The position numbers were made by a program, and so were the translations under genes. From assembly GCF_018977255.1 (NCBI RefSeq), contig NW_024704745.1:49352001-49416000 (forward strand): a DNA stretch of 64,000 nt, given 5' to 3'. Positions 1 to 13,306 of the stretch are shown piece by piece; position 1 is the stretch's first letter, and each line of letters starts with the position of its first letter. The notes beneath the pieces are model-generated. The model was not told the origin of the DNA and did no database searches. It worked only from the letters and a program-made list of their open reading frames with translations. Origin of the DNA: Callorhinchus milii. Lineage: Eukaryota.

Positions 1-129
1 CAACTGAGATTGGAACGAGAGCAACAACTGCAGTTTTCTGCAGAGAAGCACTATCAGGATTTTCTTCTACACAAGCGGGGTCTGGAACCATGGAAGAAAC
101 TTGTAAAAATGTCCAAGCAGAAGATGAAG
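1..129 (+). CDS. CCDC191: CCDC191 internal coding exon (5' end outside window)
   Basis: Reads QLRLEREQQLQFSAEKHYQDFLLHKRGLEPWKKLVKMSKQKMK, followed by donor GTAACG at 130. The KGLEPWK motif matches the recalled C-terminal region of human CCDC191 (KIAA1407). Confidence 0.85.
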
Positions 130-651
130 GTAACGGCTATCAAGTTTTTAAATTTTTAAATTAAAATCCATTTAATTTGTGTGAAAAGTGAATGTTTTAT
201 CATTATTTTTGTCGTGTAGTAATACTCTAAATTTTATATAAAGCGAGCTCCTTTCTCGGTGGGAGAATATCTAAATATCTATTGGAGCTTGGTCATCATT
301 TTGATTCTTGACTATTTAACTCATTGTATTACATCTAGGGGAAAACTGAAGGAAGAAACTAATGTGGAGATTATTTCCTAGTTTACATCTTTCTCTGGCT
401 GTTTACATCATTTCAATCTGTGTCAAAATTGCAGCAACAGAATTACTTGGCACGTCCTCCCGACGTGAAAGGCGCTATACAAATGTAATCTTGTTGTTGT
501 ACTTATTGTGGATTTTTGAGCAGGTCAACTGTTTCTTTGGGTTGGGGCTTGAATAGGATCTATAAATGAATTTGCACTGCTATTACTCATATAAATCTTT
601 GTTTAACCAACTGCTATTACTCATATAAATCTTCGTTTAACCACTACATAG

Positions 652-804
652 CTAGCAGAAGAACACCACGTGGCTATAATCCTACGGTTATGTCTTTGTT
701 CCTGGCATCAGATTGTAAGAGAGACACTGGCTAAAAATATACTCAAAGCTGAGAAAGTATACCAGGAGATTCTCCTGAAAAGGTGTTTCAAAAACTGGAT
801 AAAG
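652..804 (+). CDS. CCDC191: CCDC191 coding exon
   Basis: Acceptor catAG at 650-651, 153 bp, phase 0/0, LAEEHHVAIILRLCLCSWHQ...ILLKRCFKNWIK, donor GTGAGT at 805. Confidence 0.85.
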
Positions 805-1280
805 GTGAGTGTTTCAGGAGCACCTATGAGGATTATTACTTTTTAATTGTTTTCCCCAGGTACCTCAATAGCTGTACTAGTAACTCATTGAGTTCCCAAT
901 CTCAAAATGACATTTTGATATGGATGCACCATTGTTTTGTTCAGAACTAAAGGATTCTAAACCAAACTATTTGACTCAGAAGCTGTACAAGGTGACTCAT
1001 TTCCATGTAAACATGGGGTCTAATTATTGTACGATTTAATCCTGGTTCCCAGTAAATAGGTACATACTGGAAAGAGCTTTAAATTAAAATATTCTTAAAT
1101 CAGTCAGCCCAATACCCATTTTATCACTCAGTTATTAAGGAAGCCCATTCATTTTTGTTTTAAACCACAGTATTGTACATTAGGTGCTATTGGTGACAAA
1201 GTTCAGACTACTTAGTACTATAAAATATTTGTAAGTAACTTAATACAGAAGTAACATTTGACTAAAATATTTTAAAACAG

Positions 1281-1435
1281 TGCAAGGATTATGTCATCAT
1301 AATTGAAGAGAAAGCAAAGCAACATTACCTGGCAACTTTAAGAAGAACCTACTTCATTTTCTGGTTGGATTTTGTGACTGAGGAAAAGATTGCATCACGG
1401 GAAAAAGAAAGAATTGGAGTAGAACATAATCAGAG
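1281..1435 (+). CDS. CCDC191: CCDC191 coding exon
   Basis: Acceptor aaacAG at 1279-1280, CKDYVIIIEEKAKQHYL...IGVEHNQ(R), donor GTAATG at 1436, ends in phase 2. Confidence 0.8.
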
Positions 1436-1797
1436 GTAATGGAAATTCCTGCACTGTAAGCTTTAAGAAAATATTAAATGTAGGGTTGTAAACTGCTAAA
1501 CACAAATCTTTTGAATCAGATTTTATTTCAAGTACAGAAACAGTTTATACATTTGAGTAACCATTGTGAAACAAATTGCCCTGAATTCTTGAAGCAAGAA
1601 TATCTAGGGGGAATACTTTCTGTTAAATGTTGGCATTGGTGCAATTTACATTGTTCAAAAGAAATTCTGTCTTGGTTTAAGATAGAAAATATCTTTGACT
1701 GTTGCTTTCCAATGTATCTAAAGGAAATATTGTGAATGAGACTTGCCTTCCTCATAATACAGTATTTTCTATATTGTACTTAATTCTTTGCCTTCAG

Positions 1798-1933
1798 GAG
1801 AATAGTCAAGACAGCTTTCAGAGCATGGAAAAGATTACCAATGCTCATCAAAGAAGAAGAAAAGAAGCAAGTGATTAGACAACAACTCAGAAAGAAAGTT
1901 AGTGAAATTCTCCCTGACTTTCACACAGAATAA
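1798..1933 (+). CDS. CCDC191: CCDC191 last coding exon
   Basis: Acceptor ccttcAG, RIVKTAFRAWKRLPMLIKEEEKKQVIRQQLRKKVSEILPDFHTE*. Matches the recalled human QQLRRKVVEILPDF. Confidence 0.88.
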
Positions 1934-2318
1934 GAAAATGATTAAAGGGAGTTGCCAGTTAATTCAGGTTTGCTTAGGAAGCAGTTCTATACAGACTGGG
2001 AAGCAGTTCATTTGGATATGGGAAGCATTTGAGTAGAGGCAAGACACTTGGGTGGAGGAAGCAAAGCCGAGCTTACTTACATCTTGCCTGCCTTCTAGTG
2101 GCTGGCTATAGGACTGTTATGCTGAAGACCAACTGTTTAGTCACAGAATAATGACTCAGCTGAGAGGGCAGGAGAACAAAATAACTTTTCAAGCACTTTT
2201 ATTTACAAGGTATGATCTATTTCTAAATCTTAACTGTTTCAGAATACGTTTCCCTGAAAATGGAGCAGCACTTTTGTGACCTAGGTCAGTTAACTGTTGT
2301 CAGGTGTGAGCAAAATGC

Positions 2319-2366
2319 AATAAATTGAGAGAGGGGGAAGGAAAGAGAAATCATTGTTGAAATAAA
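2319..2366 (+). terminator. Candidate CCDC191 polyadenylation signals
   Basis: AATAAA at 2319-2324 and 2361-2366; the second is followed by a GT/T-rich tract. Confidence 0.5.
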
Positions 2367-4339
2367 AATTGTTTTCAATTTTTTTTTGTAAATTAACCAG
2401 TCTTGTATTTAAATTGATCCAATGAAATAAAAATGAGCAAAATTTGAACAGCGGAATCTTTTAATGAATCAATATTCAAAACATTGCAGCACATGAACAA
2501 ACATTGTATTCTTGAAAAATAGGTCTTTGCACTACATTGTTTTAATACGTGTATTAAAACAATTCCTACCACAAATCTGATTATCAATTGATTAATACAA
2601 TAAACAGTCCATCCATAAAATATCTATTGTAAATGGTTATACCAAGCATGAAAGTACTACTTTATACAGTATAACAGTCAAATGTAAAACTGAGGATCTA
2701 ATTTGCAACATTTCTTATTCCTATAGACCTGTTGAAACTCTGCTCTGGAATGAAATTACATCAGAGTAAACAAAGTTCTTGTACTTTCATCAGAAAGTAG
2801 TCCACATTTGCTTTATCTTAGATTCCTTAGGAAGGAAAGGCCTGCTTACCTAGATTTCCTTGATTTTACAAATTCTAATAAAGTTTATTAAAACCTCTTC
2901 AGTCAACAAACCTGCACCTCTTTTATTTAACAACCTCAAATAAGTGCAACAAAATAGTGTTAAAGAAAGTAAAATTAAGCCAGATACTGATTGTGATCTG
3001 TACTTATCAGCATCAAAGGAATTTAATCTGGGACAGAAATGAATTAACCCCAAAACACCGACCTACTTCCACTGTGCAATGAATTTTGTCTGAAAACCCA
3101 GCAAAAGCATTAACAGTTTGGGTCCTTCAAACCAATTCAAGGATCAAATCATAAAAGGCACTTTTTAAAAATCAAATTGTTGACCATTGTGATGTATTTT
3201 AAGAAATGCTTAATTTGATCCCATTGAGATGTTTGATATAACAACTGTTGGCAAAATTAATGTCACTTTAGGTGGGAATCTATGATATGAGGACATTAGA
3301 GCCAAGTTGGTGAAAAGGGAAAACAGAAAATAAACCAGTATTGAGAATGTGGCCCATCTTTGTGCCAAATTGAAAAAATTAAAATGTTACAGGTTTTCAA
3401 GAAGATTAATGTAAGATATGTAGCCAATGTTTGGTTGCCTGGGCAGATTATGGAAGTAGTCAGATAATTCAAGAGCTGGATAGATGCTTTTCAAAATAAA
3501 ACAGCTAAATGGTAGAATCTATACAATACTCTTTAAACTTTAGAACCACTTAAATGGTCAACAGTTAGTCGTACATCCCGGTTATCCAAAATGAAAATGC
3601 CACATCAAATATGGGATGTAACTGTAAATGCAGTCTCATAGATTCAACTATAATGGTGGTTTATGTTTTTTGCGTAAGCCATCTTCATAAAGGAACAGTC
3701 AAAGGAATAAGTTTTAAGGAGTGAAGTTGAAACCAGATACTGGTAAAAAAGCACTCGTACATGAAGAATGCATTGATATATAGTGGAAGGGGCAAGGTGC
3801 AGTCTATACTGTCAAACCAAACCAAAAAACAGGTATTGCTTAAGTCTGGTTTTCTATTTTGTTCACTTTTGTACACTTATACTCTGCAAATGCCCAATAG
3901 ATTTATCTAACCATAGGTAAAATTACATAAAATAGATATTAGTCCGTAGGGAGATAACATCCAATAACACAACCGACACAACCACAGAGCACCGTGCAAA
4001 CATGCTGATAACAAAACCCTCTGGATTTCTATTGAAATTGCTATAATTTTAAACTAATTTGATAAGACCTGAGACTACAAATATATTCAAAAACCTGCAT
4101 AATACAATCATCACTCATTATACACAAAGCACAGTGCAAATATATTACGCTCTGATTTGCAGTATATCTCAATAGGAATGCCTCCTGACCACAGGAATGT
4201 CTCTGGAAGTCGATCACATCAGAGTGGATGGGCATCAGGCTGATGTACGAGTTAACATTTGTGTGACTCAGATTCCTTATTCAAAAAGAAATCCATTATA
4301 CTGCAAGTTAGCAGCTATTGATTAATTTTCTCTCTAGAA

Positions 4340-4700
4340 TAATAATAATTCTTGCATTTGAAATAGCTTCTTATCATAACGTCAAAACCTCTCATAGTGC
4401 TTCACAGGATTTATGGTAATGATTGTATTTGCAGATGAACATGACAGCCAATTTGTGCCTTGCAATGTCCCACAAACAGTCATGAAGTGAATTTTATTTG
4501 GAGGATTCGCCAAAAAAAGCGGGAGAGACTCTGCCTTCCCTTATCTTTCCCTTAACAGGCCTCAATTTGATGTCTAATCCGAAGGACGTCACATCGAACA
4601 ATGTGGTACAGCATTGGTCTATGAGCTTAAAGTACCGACCTGGGCCGTAGACCTACAACCATATAACTCAGGCAAGAGTGCTACCACCTGAGCAAAGCTG
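4340..4700 (-). mobile_element. Old Deu-domain SINE remnant
   Basis: Reverse complement of the SINE tail (ttattatt/aaatgcaag) and Deu-like core (tgtgggacattgc...aaattggctg), with a degraded tRNA-like head near 4690. Confidence 0.55.
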
Positions 4701-7700
4701 TCTTGATTTGTATCTAATTTACTATCACTTCTAATTCACATGACATGTTATAGTCTAATTTGTACAGTGCTCACATTAGTGTACACTTTTTTTGTTGAAA
4801 AAACAAATCTTAAAGCTACAACCATGTATTTTGAACCTCAGGTATCCTGTCCTCACTTAAACTGTGATTTGTTATATGAAACTTGAAGTTCAATGCTATT
4901 GGTTACCGTACTCTATAAAGCTTTGAAACAACTATTTGTAGCATTATCGGTAAATCAATATTTTATACTACACACCATCTATATTCAGACTGAATTGGAA
5001 AGTGTCATCTACTCAGTAACCTCCAAAATAATGTTTTAACATGATTGTCTATAACAGCAGACTTCTATACTGTGTAAGTGGCATTACTTTATTCAGATCT
5101 GCTGCATCCTTAATTCCACATTCAAAAAGATACATGTGCATTTGATCTGGATTAAAGTGCTTATGTTTCCTTTGTTCAAAATTAACATTTTCTACAAAAA
5201 AAGTATATATAGTTATAGAAGTTATAAAAGCTGTAAAAGAACACAACACTAGAAATGTACAGTTTCATCATTGAAATTGTGTCAATAAAAGTAGCCCCAA
5301 AGTTATTTTGTCTCTAGTCTTTGGTTTCATTGAATGTGTCAATTTTGTTTTAAGGTTTTCAAAATGATTATGAATGACTACCAGCCACAGGACTCATTTA
5401 CAAAAATCAAACAGCCCAGACAGGCAGTCATTTTTAGTATCAAAGTGTTCTAGATCAGCTCACAGGATTAGACACAAGATCTTGGAAATCAATGATAAGT
5501 AACTCCAAGCAAACTGCACTCCCAGTTTTGGGAGCTCAAAGACCTTGAGGAATTAGGAGCCTGTTGCAAATAAAACACAAAACTCTCCTGTAGTCCACCT
5601 AACTAGCCTAATACAAATCAAGGAGCATAATATATGCACTGGTAAACCATTTGGAATGTAATCCTTCACAGCAGCATTATTACTGCATTCAGTGACATAA
5701 TAACTGCTATATACCGAACTACTATCCAAAGTTTACAAAACCTCAGGCCCAATCCAGTAAATCAGCATATTGGGTTTTGGCTATTCACTGTTCTGGAATC
5801 CTGTTTGATAGAATATTCAGAGTCTGGTGGAAGTCATATCTTCCAGTAAATTGTTAATATATTCATCTGTAATTATCAATAAAAAAGAACCCTTTCTGAA
5901 TAGTTTGTTGTCAGCGCCTTGGGACGTCCTCCCAACGTGAAAGGCGCTATACAAGTGTAATCTTGTTGTTGTTGTGCTTCTAAGATGGTTTGCATTTGAT
6001 AAAGATAATAAATGGCTTGAGTGAATGACCACACTTCACCATAAATCATAATGGAAGACTATATTGATAACCCTGTGTGGTCATTACAAGTGAGAGGAGG
6101 TTGTCAAGCTAAAAGTAAGACAATGACAAAATGCTCACCAATTTGCAGTCCCTTTACAGCCGTGGATTTCTTGTCAGGCTGTTTTTTGGAGAGCGTCAAT
6201 AATCGACTCAATTCAACCCAGAGTCAAAAAGCCCAATCAGTTCATTCGACAAATAAGGAGTATTTGATGCAGAAGGTAAAGCAACAGTTGCAACAAAGAA
6301 AATAAGCATATATGGTTACTGTTGACTTCTGGATTAGTTAAGGCATGAATCTGATAAGACCAGTATTACTTAGTCTAACTGTCTCTTTATAAGGAGCAAT
6401 GTAAAAAGATACAGAATATTTCAGAAACTAGGGGATGTTATGCAAACATTTAATCAACCGACTACCCTGTCCCCAGATGAATAATATAAACTTTAATTTC
6501 ATAAACACATATTGAACACCTCTGTGCTTGGATTGAAATTGCAACTCATATTAAAGTTTTTTTTAATATCTATCTGTTTACCAATAATTTTTGAAAAGAA
6601 AATTACATTTATAATATGAGTATATATTTTGTAAATTACATACTCATATTAGAAATGAATTCTCTTAAAGGAACAAAAAATTCTGAATAGTTTTTAAATT
6701 TTGTATGGATATTTTGAATTGTCACTAAAGGTTGAAATTATTGTTTCACCCTGATGTAACTTTAGTTTAGGGTCATGCCATAAAAAGGCACTATTTTTCA
6801 AGAGTACAAAGACTACTCAAGGGGAAGGAGTAAAAAAAATCTAGCTGTATCTTTAATTGCTCTGAGACTTCCTGAAATTTGCAATATAAAAGTAAATTAC
6901 ATTTTTTTTTAAAAAAGTATTCTCTTGCAGAAGACAAGAAATAGTGTTCTTTGCACTTTTGTCAGTAGAAAACAGTGTGATATTACCAGGAACCAGACTA
7001 TCAGCTGTTCTCCAGTCAATGCTTTTCTCGGGGAAAGAAAAAATATGCAACTTGGAAACTTTTTTTAAACGTTCAAATGCTTTTCTATTGCCAGTTTTTT
7101 TTGCGTAAATTCAGTATTAAGTTGGTACTATTAGTACAAGAGGCCCTTAATTCCTCTGGTTTTAGCCTTAAGATTATTAAGGTTAATTGTCTTAGAATTG
7201 AAGATTATGCAAATTTTGGAAATGTTCTTAAATTCTGCCTTAATTTGGAAGTCAGTTTTCTGCACTGGACAGGAATTCTTCCCTTTCAACTCTTGTTAAT
7301 CCAGCAAGTAAAAGCCCGAACAAGATGGCTCTAATTCTAATTGGCCAGTCAGCGCTTGCATGGCAAGCTATGTAACTTCATTAAACGCCAGCAGTAATCT
7401 AACACACTCACTCCCAAGATTTCCCAAGGATTTCCCAAGCATTTGCTCTGCCAATTTGTACCCAATACTTTCCAGATTTAGGTAAGTGGAGTGGATCTCT
7501 CCAGGAGAGATTGCACAATCCAAACAAATGGGGAAATTTACATGTAAAGATGGCTTACATTCGTGGAACTTTCTGTGTGGCTTGAATAGTCTTAAGCAGA
7601 GTGATGGCTTTTTGCTTGTGTCGGACTCCCTGTTGACCAAAAAAACTCTGCATTTCAACATGGCTAGTTATTAAAACAAGAACTAGTTTCTAAATTAATT

Positions 7701-8208
7701 GGATTTAAGATTTTTTCCAAACTGTGAAAGATCTTAAAATTGTAAGGCAACGGTGAACAGGCTAAAACCATGAGAAATTTCAGATCCTGCATCCTTGTTC
7801 AACACTGTTTAGTCATATGTGCTGTTGTGTTGCTATTAAATTAAGTTTAATGTTAAAACAATTTCAGTGGTGTGAATGAGATATTGGAGCATTCTATGCA
7901 TTACTTATAGTTTATGTTATAACCTTATATTTCGCTTTAGTAGCCCTATTTCAACATCCTACTGAGCTAAAGTAATTTCTCTTTCTACCGTGCTTCTAAT
8001 CAAATCTCAAAGCAGCAATATGGGATTTCAGAATACTGTATATCATAGCAAAAAGATAACAATGTCATTATTTTAGTGATGAACATGAAAAAAGATTAAA
8101 ATGCTTTACCATCCAAACACAGTTATGTTGTTGTAATACATAGCAAAGAAAATACAAGCTGAATTATAAACAAGTATACAAGTCTTTGAATAAAATCAAT
8201 CAGAAGCA

Positions 8209-8476
8209 TTACACTATGTCTTCAATGCATGGCTTTGAAGGACTGGACCTACGTTTCAGGAACGCCATCCAGTTGTTAATGAACCCTTGGTTGTATTCCT
8301 CAATTATAATGATCAGTCCCCACAGGTATCTGTGCCCAGTCTTGTTTCTCAAGGTTAGCCGAGCTTCTCTTTCTGTGACATTGCAGCTGATGTTGATAAA
8401 CTGGATGATGAAGAGATGACCCATCCCAGCAGTAATGATCATACAGTACCAGACGCAGGTGAATGACAATGCAGAA
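8209..8476 (-). CDS. ZDHHC23: ZDHHC23 palmitoyltransferase, last coding exon
   Basis: Acceptor ttttcctAG, (S)SALSFTCVWYCMIITAGMGHLFIIQFINISCNVTEREAR...EDIV*, stop TAA at 8211-8209. Contains the ZDHHC23-type NVTERE motif. Confidence 0.92.
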
Positions 8477-10865
8477 CTAGGAAAATAACAGAATTTACAG
8501 CAACATTTAATCCCTAGATTCAAAGAACCAGTGCTCCTAGATTAAATAAACCAATAGAGTTAGGCAGATTACAGTAATGTATGCAATTCTTTAAACAAAG
8601 GTTTTGTAAATTATTCAACAAAAAGCGAGTTTAGATGTGATGAAAATAACAGACCTGATGTGCAAATGTTATTGTTCATAAAAAAATGTGTAGCATTAAC
8701 ATTTACTGCATTTTGTTTAACAGGCAGCATGCATATTTCACAATTGTTTAACACAGAAAAATACAAAAGCTGAAATAAAACTTAAAACCTGCTGTTGTAT
8801 TCCATTAGCATTCCAGTTTAATGAAATGTCCAAGAAATGCGGTATTCAGATGCAGAAGGGACGAGCTATATATTCAATGATGAACAGCTTGACCACACAC
8901 AGTACCATCAAATTGTTGAGAGAAATCACCAATGAAATAGTAGGCAGGTAGGCAGAGTTAGAAAAAATAATTATTATAGAATTATAGAGGTAATTATCAA
9001 CTGGTGTAATGGAATTTAATAGACAGCATAATGGTATAGTGCAGGCCTGGGCTGCTATTCCTTATATGGCAAGTTTATAATCTCAGCAATGACAATAGAT
9101 GTGCCCAAGCAAACGACAGGTTCATCTCCACTGGGAGGGTGAGCTCAGCTGACCAGTCACGTCACAATAATCTTATGCACGTTCAACAGGCCACTACAAA
9201 TCCTGGAAAACGTATCTGCACCTCATCTGGCAAAGACACTAGCATCGGAAACTTCAGGAGAAAAAATATTAAACAAATAAAACCAACAGAACAATGAATA
9301 TGCTAGATTAGTAAATGTCCCAATAAGTAATTGTTGCCTAAAAAATCACATAGTAGGTCATTGAACATTGCTAAACAATGTATCTGGCTATACCCTGGTA
9401 CTAATAACCTTGTTAATAATTTCAAAGTAGCTTTCTGCTTTTCGTTCACAGGTAGCTCAATTGCACCTTGAAATAATTAAGTACTGAAACTACTAAATTG
9501 CCTCAAATCAAAAACTGTACCACTGAAAATAGTGATAGGTTCAAACTGTTCAGCAGTACTACTACAATGCGAGTTAGAGTTATTCAGTGTACAGTAATAA
9601 ATCTCCACTTTTGTTGATCCTTCCCCTACATTGTAAAATTCCTTTACATACTAACATTTTAGAACAGTTTACATCATAACAAATATTACTCCCGACTGTT
9701 CAGCCCATCTTTCATGACTTGGAGATGACAAATATTGGTACTTGGTGAGAATCTGCGGAATAGAGAATTTATTTCTAGAAACGAAGATCTGATAAATCAT
9801 GTGACAAAGGCACAAATGTTTCACCAGAGGCTTCCTTGTCAGAGCAATAAATCCTGCAATCAAAATTACCTGTTGGAACATACTCAGTTTACACCGGGAG
9901 TTTTAAAAATTATATTTTAATAAGCACATTCATTTAGATTTGGTGGGTGATGAATGCAAAAGCACTTTTAATACTCCCCACCATCCAGTCATGTGCCTTT
10001 CACCTTTCTTCAGAGATACTGGGCCACCATATTGAAGATCCCCTAAGCACAAATACAATATTACTGAACAAGCAAGCACAGTATTTAATGATACATACGT
10101 GGCAAGGGAGGGGGGAGGAGAGAGTGGGGGGGGAATGAGTGAAGGGTATTCTTTAGATTCTCCTACATTGCAAAGCCAGGATTGATTTTTGACTATACAG
10201 TATCAGGCAATTTATTTGCACAATTAAGACAGGTTCAACTCATATTTCAGAACGCTTGAATAAACACAGGAAATATGAGGGTGAAATGTCTGCCATGCCT
10301 TATTTAATGCAGAGAAAACCATCACCCAATGGTGGAAGCACATCCCTCATATTAAATGTTTCTCTCCTTATATGCCCACACCATCCACCATTTGCTTGAA
10401 TCTTAGCCAGGTAATTTTTATTGTGTAGATATCAGACCATACATCAAGCTCAATGGGTTTTTCCTTGATTATTTTTCAAAGTTGCTCTGCCAAGGAGGAC
10501 TGAATTCTTCTTGACCAAAAAGTGACTTTCATCAATTTGCCAGACAGCCTTTTTTGATCAATAAAAGGATTTTTTTTTGGTCTAGGAGAGAGTGGGTTTC
10601 AGTCCTCTCCGGCAGATCAACATCAGAAAATAAATATCTAACAAAATAAACCTGGTGTAGGGCATAACATTTACAAAAGAAAAATCACCTGCCTCAGATT
10701 TTTTAAAAATATGGTGGAAGCTGGAAGCTGAAAAGGAAGCAATCACTTATCTGGTGAGGTGTATTGCAACCTGCTGGGTGATCGCATTTCCTGACCTACA
10801 TTAGAAATGCCACAAATTTTACCCCATTATCAAACACATGACATCTTGGGAAAGCACAATTTGTG

Positions 10866-11385
10866 AACAACAACAAGATTGCATTTACGTCGGGAGGACG
10901 TCCCAAGGCGCTGGACAGTTGGGTCTGGACCCGAGCAGGGGGTAAATGGTCAGGGGGAGGGAAGGGATGGAGCGAGGAGGGGGTAGAGAGTCGAGAGGGG
11001 AGCTAAAGGCACGGTTGAAGAGAAAGGTCTTGAGACCGCCCTTGAAGGAGGAAAGGGAGGAAGCAAGGCGAAGGCACTGGGGGATGGAGTTCCAGAGCCT
11101 AGGGGCTGAGAGGCTGAAGGCCCGGTCACCGATGGTAGGGCGGTTAGGGCGGGGGATGTGGAGCAGACCGGAGCCAGAGGAACAGAGGGTACGGGCAGGT
11201 AAGTAGGGGGATAGTAGATCGGAGAGGTAGGAGGGAGCAAGGCCGTGAATAGCCTTGTAGGTGAGGATGAGGATCTTGAATTCGATCCTCTGGGGGATGG
11301 GGAGCCAGTGGAGGCGAGCGAGCGTGGGAGTGATGTGGTCGCGGAGCCTGGTGCGGGACAGTACACGAGCTGCAGAGTTCTGAAC
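10866..11385 (-). mobile_element. L2-clade LINE, 5'-truncated 3' end
   Basis: ORF2 C-terminus QNSAARVLSRTRLRDHITPTLARLHWLPIPQRIEFKIL...APRLWNSIP, followed by a 3' stem-loop and (TTG)n tail. Confidence 0.9.
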
Positions 11386-11516
11386 AGTTGTATATATCAT
11401 GATAATGTTCTTCCTTGTTGCTGATTCTAATTTCACCTTTCACTTTCCTCTGGTTTTACACTTCCAATTTCTTTGCTCTGCTATGATTGTTCTTTGCCTT
11501 TAAGGCCTGGTGTAGG

Positions 11517-12429
11517 GCAAGACCACTGCTGTGCTGACAGAATGTCTGTCAGATATCAAGTCCTGGATGAGAGCTAACATTCTTCAATTGAACGTCAACA
11601 AGACCGAGGCTCTCCTGATTGGATCCAGTCAGCACCTCCTTACCTCAAGCACTGACAGCATCACCATCCATGGTTGGACACTCCACCTACTAAGCAGACC
11701 GAAACCTTGGGGTCTTGTTTGACTCTCAACTACCCCACATCTGTCACATGACCCGCTCTGCCTTCCCCGACCTCCACAACGTCACCCGGCTCCGACACTT
11801 GTCTCACACTGCAGGCAGGCCACCCACCGAAACCCTCATACACGCCTTCATTACATTGAGGCTCGACTATGTAAACTCACTGCTTGTCGGCCTCCCCAAC
11901 TCCTCCCTCCACAGGTTGCAGATCATCCAGAACTCTGCATGTCCTCTCCCGTACTAGGCTCCATGACCCTATCACCCACATCCTTGCACAACTCCACTGG
12001 TTTCCCATCACACAGAGGATACAGTTCAAGATCCTGGTCTTCATCTTCAAAGCCCTCCACAGTCTTGCTCCCCACTACCTCTCCGACTTGCTAACCCCGT
12101 ACCACCCTGTTCACTCCCTCCACTCAGTGGGTTCCGGCCTGCTTCACGTCCCCTGCCTTGCTCGCCCCACTATCGGTGGGCAGGCCTTCCGCCACTCTGC
12201 ACCCACCCTCTGGAACTCCATCCCGCAGTCCCTCCATCTTGCACCCTCCCTCGCCACCTTCAAGACATTGCTCTTCGACCATGCTTTCGATCTCCCTGCT
12301 TCCCCCCCTGGCCTCCACCCTTCCCCAAACCGACCCTCAGCTCGGGTCCTTAGCTCTGTCTGTCCAACGCCTTGGGACGTCCTCCCAACGTAAGAGGCAC
12401 TTTACAAATGTTATTTTGTTGCTGTTGTT
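11517..12429 (+). mobile_element. L2-clade LINE fragment, frameshifted
   Basis: CLSDIKSWMRANILQLNVNKTE, LIHAFITLRLDYVNSLL and HITHILAQLHWFPITQRIQFKIL in shifting frames, then the same 3' tail. Confidence 0.9.
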
Positions 12430-12938
12430 AATGTACTATATTCCTTACCAATTCCATTTGCTCCATTTACTTGTGAAAGCAGCTAGAGATAACGACAGCA
12501 CTTTAGGTAAACATCATTGGAAAGGAAGAAAAGATGTAATACAAATGGAAAGGTAAAAGCAGGAATCTGGGGCAGGTTGAAGGGAAGGACAGTGTAGAGG
12601 GTTGGATCCAAAATTTGAGAAGAATTCCATTAATCAGCACTAGTCATCGATACAAAAATATATATTTCACTCCATATGCAGTGCTAAAACTAGCCAGTTT
12701 TATACAATAGAAGAGGTTAGAATTGATCTCGTACATTGTGAACAATGTTAATCTTTGCCATCAACAAGGAACTGCGAAGCTCACTCACAAGAATATGCAT
12801 GTGCACCAACGACGAGTGGAGCCAGCTCTGCTATCAAATGGTTAACCTGGCCACAAAGTATTGAGCTGAATTCACAGTTACTTTAGCTAAAAATAGCCAA
12901 ATTAATCCAGTCTAAAACAGTCGTCGCACAATTCTTAC

Positions 12939-13106
12939 CTGTGATCATTGTAGACTCCAGGACAATAGAACAATGCCATGAAAACGCTTCTGCCTTTACA
13001 TATGGAGTTCAAAGTCAGACTGATTCCATAAAGGGAGGTCAACAGGAAAAGGGCGAGGGTCAGAATAAATGCACGGTGATTGGTTTCACCAACACAGCTG
13101 TTAATC
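12939..13106 (-). CDS. ZDHHC23: ZDHHC23 coding exon (end of DHHC domain plus TM segment)
   Basis: 168 bp, acceptor cccAG and donor GTAAG, (W)INSCVGETNHRAFILTLALFLLTSLYGISLTLNSICKGRSVFMALFYCPGVYNDH(S). Confidence 0.93.
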
Positions 13107-13306
13107 CTGGGATCAAGGAAAATGGTTCAAATCAAATGCACTGCAATCAAATCATAAAAGTGTTCTTCAAATTGCTTCTTCTCTGAAACCATTTATGGTG
13201 GAGACTGAGATTAACTTAAATTAGTGATTATCTATCCAGCTCAATCGTCAGTACAGTACTCAGACACCAGAAAGCACATTCTGCTGGTCTGGAACCAGTG
13301 CCGTGT

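Noticed and set aside
10885-11436. L2 ORF2 reading into the 3' stem-loop (...WDVLPT*) as a family feature
   Set aside because: The 51044 copy stops earlier (...LPSP*) and the 32398 copy has the same TGA. In the 10885 copy a small deletion explains the extension.
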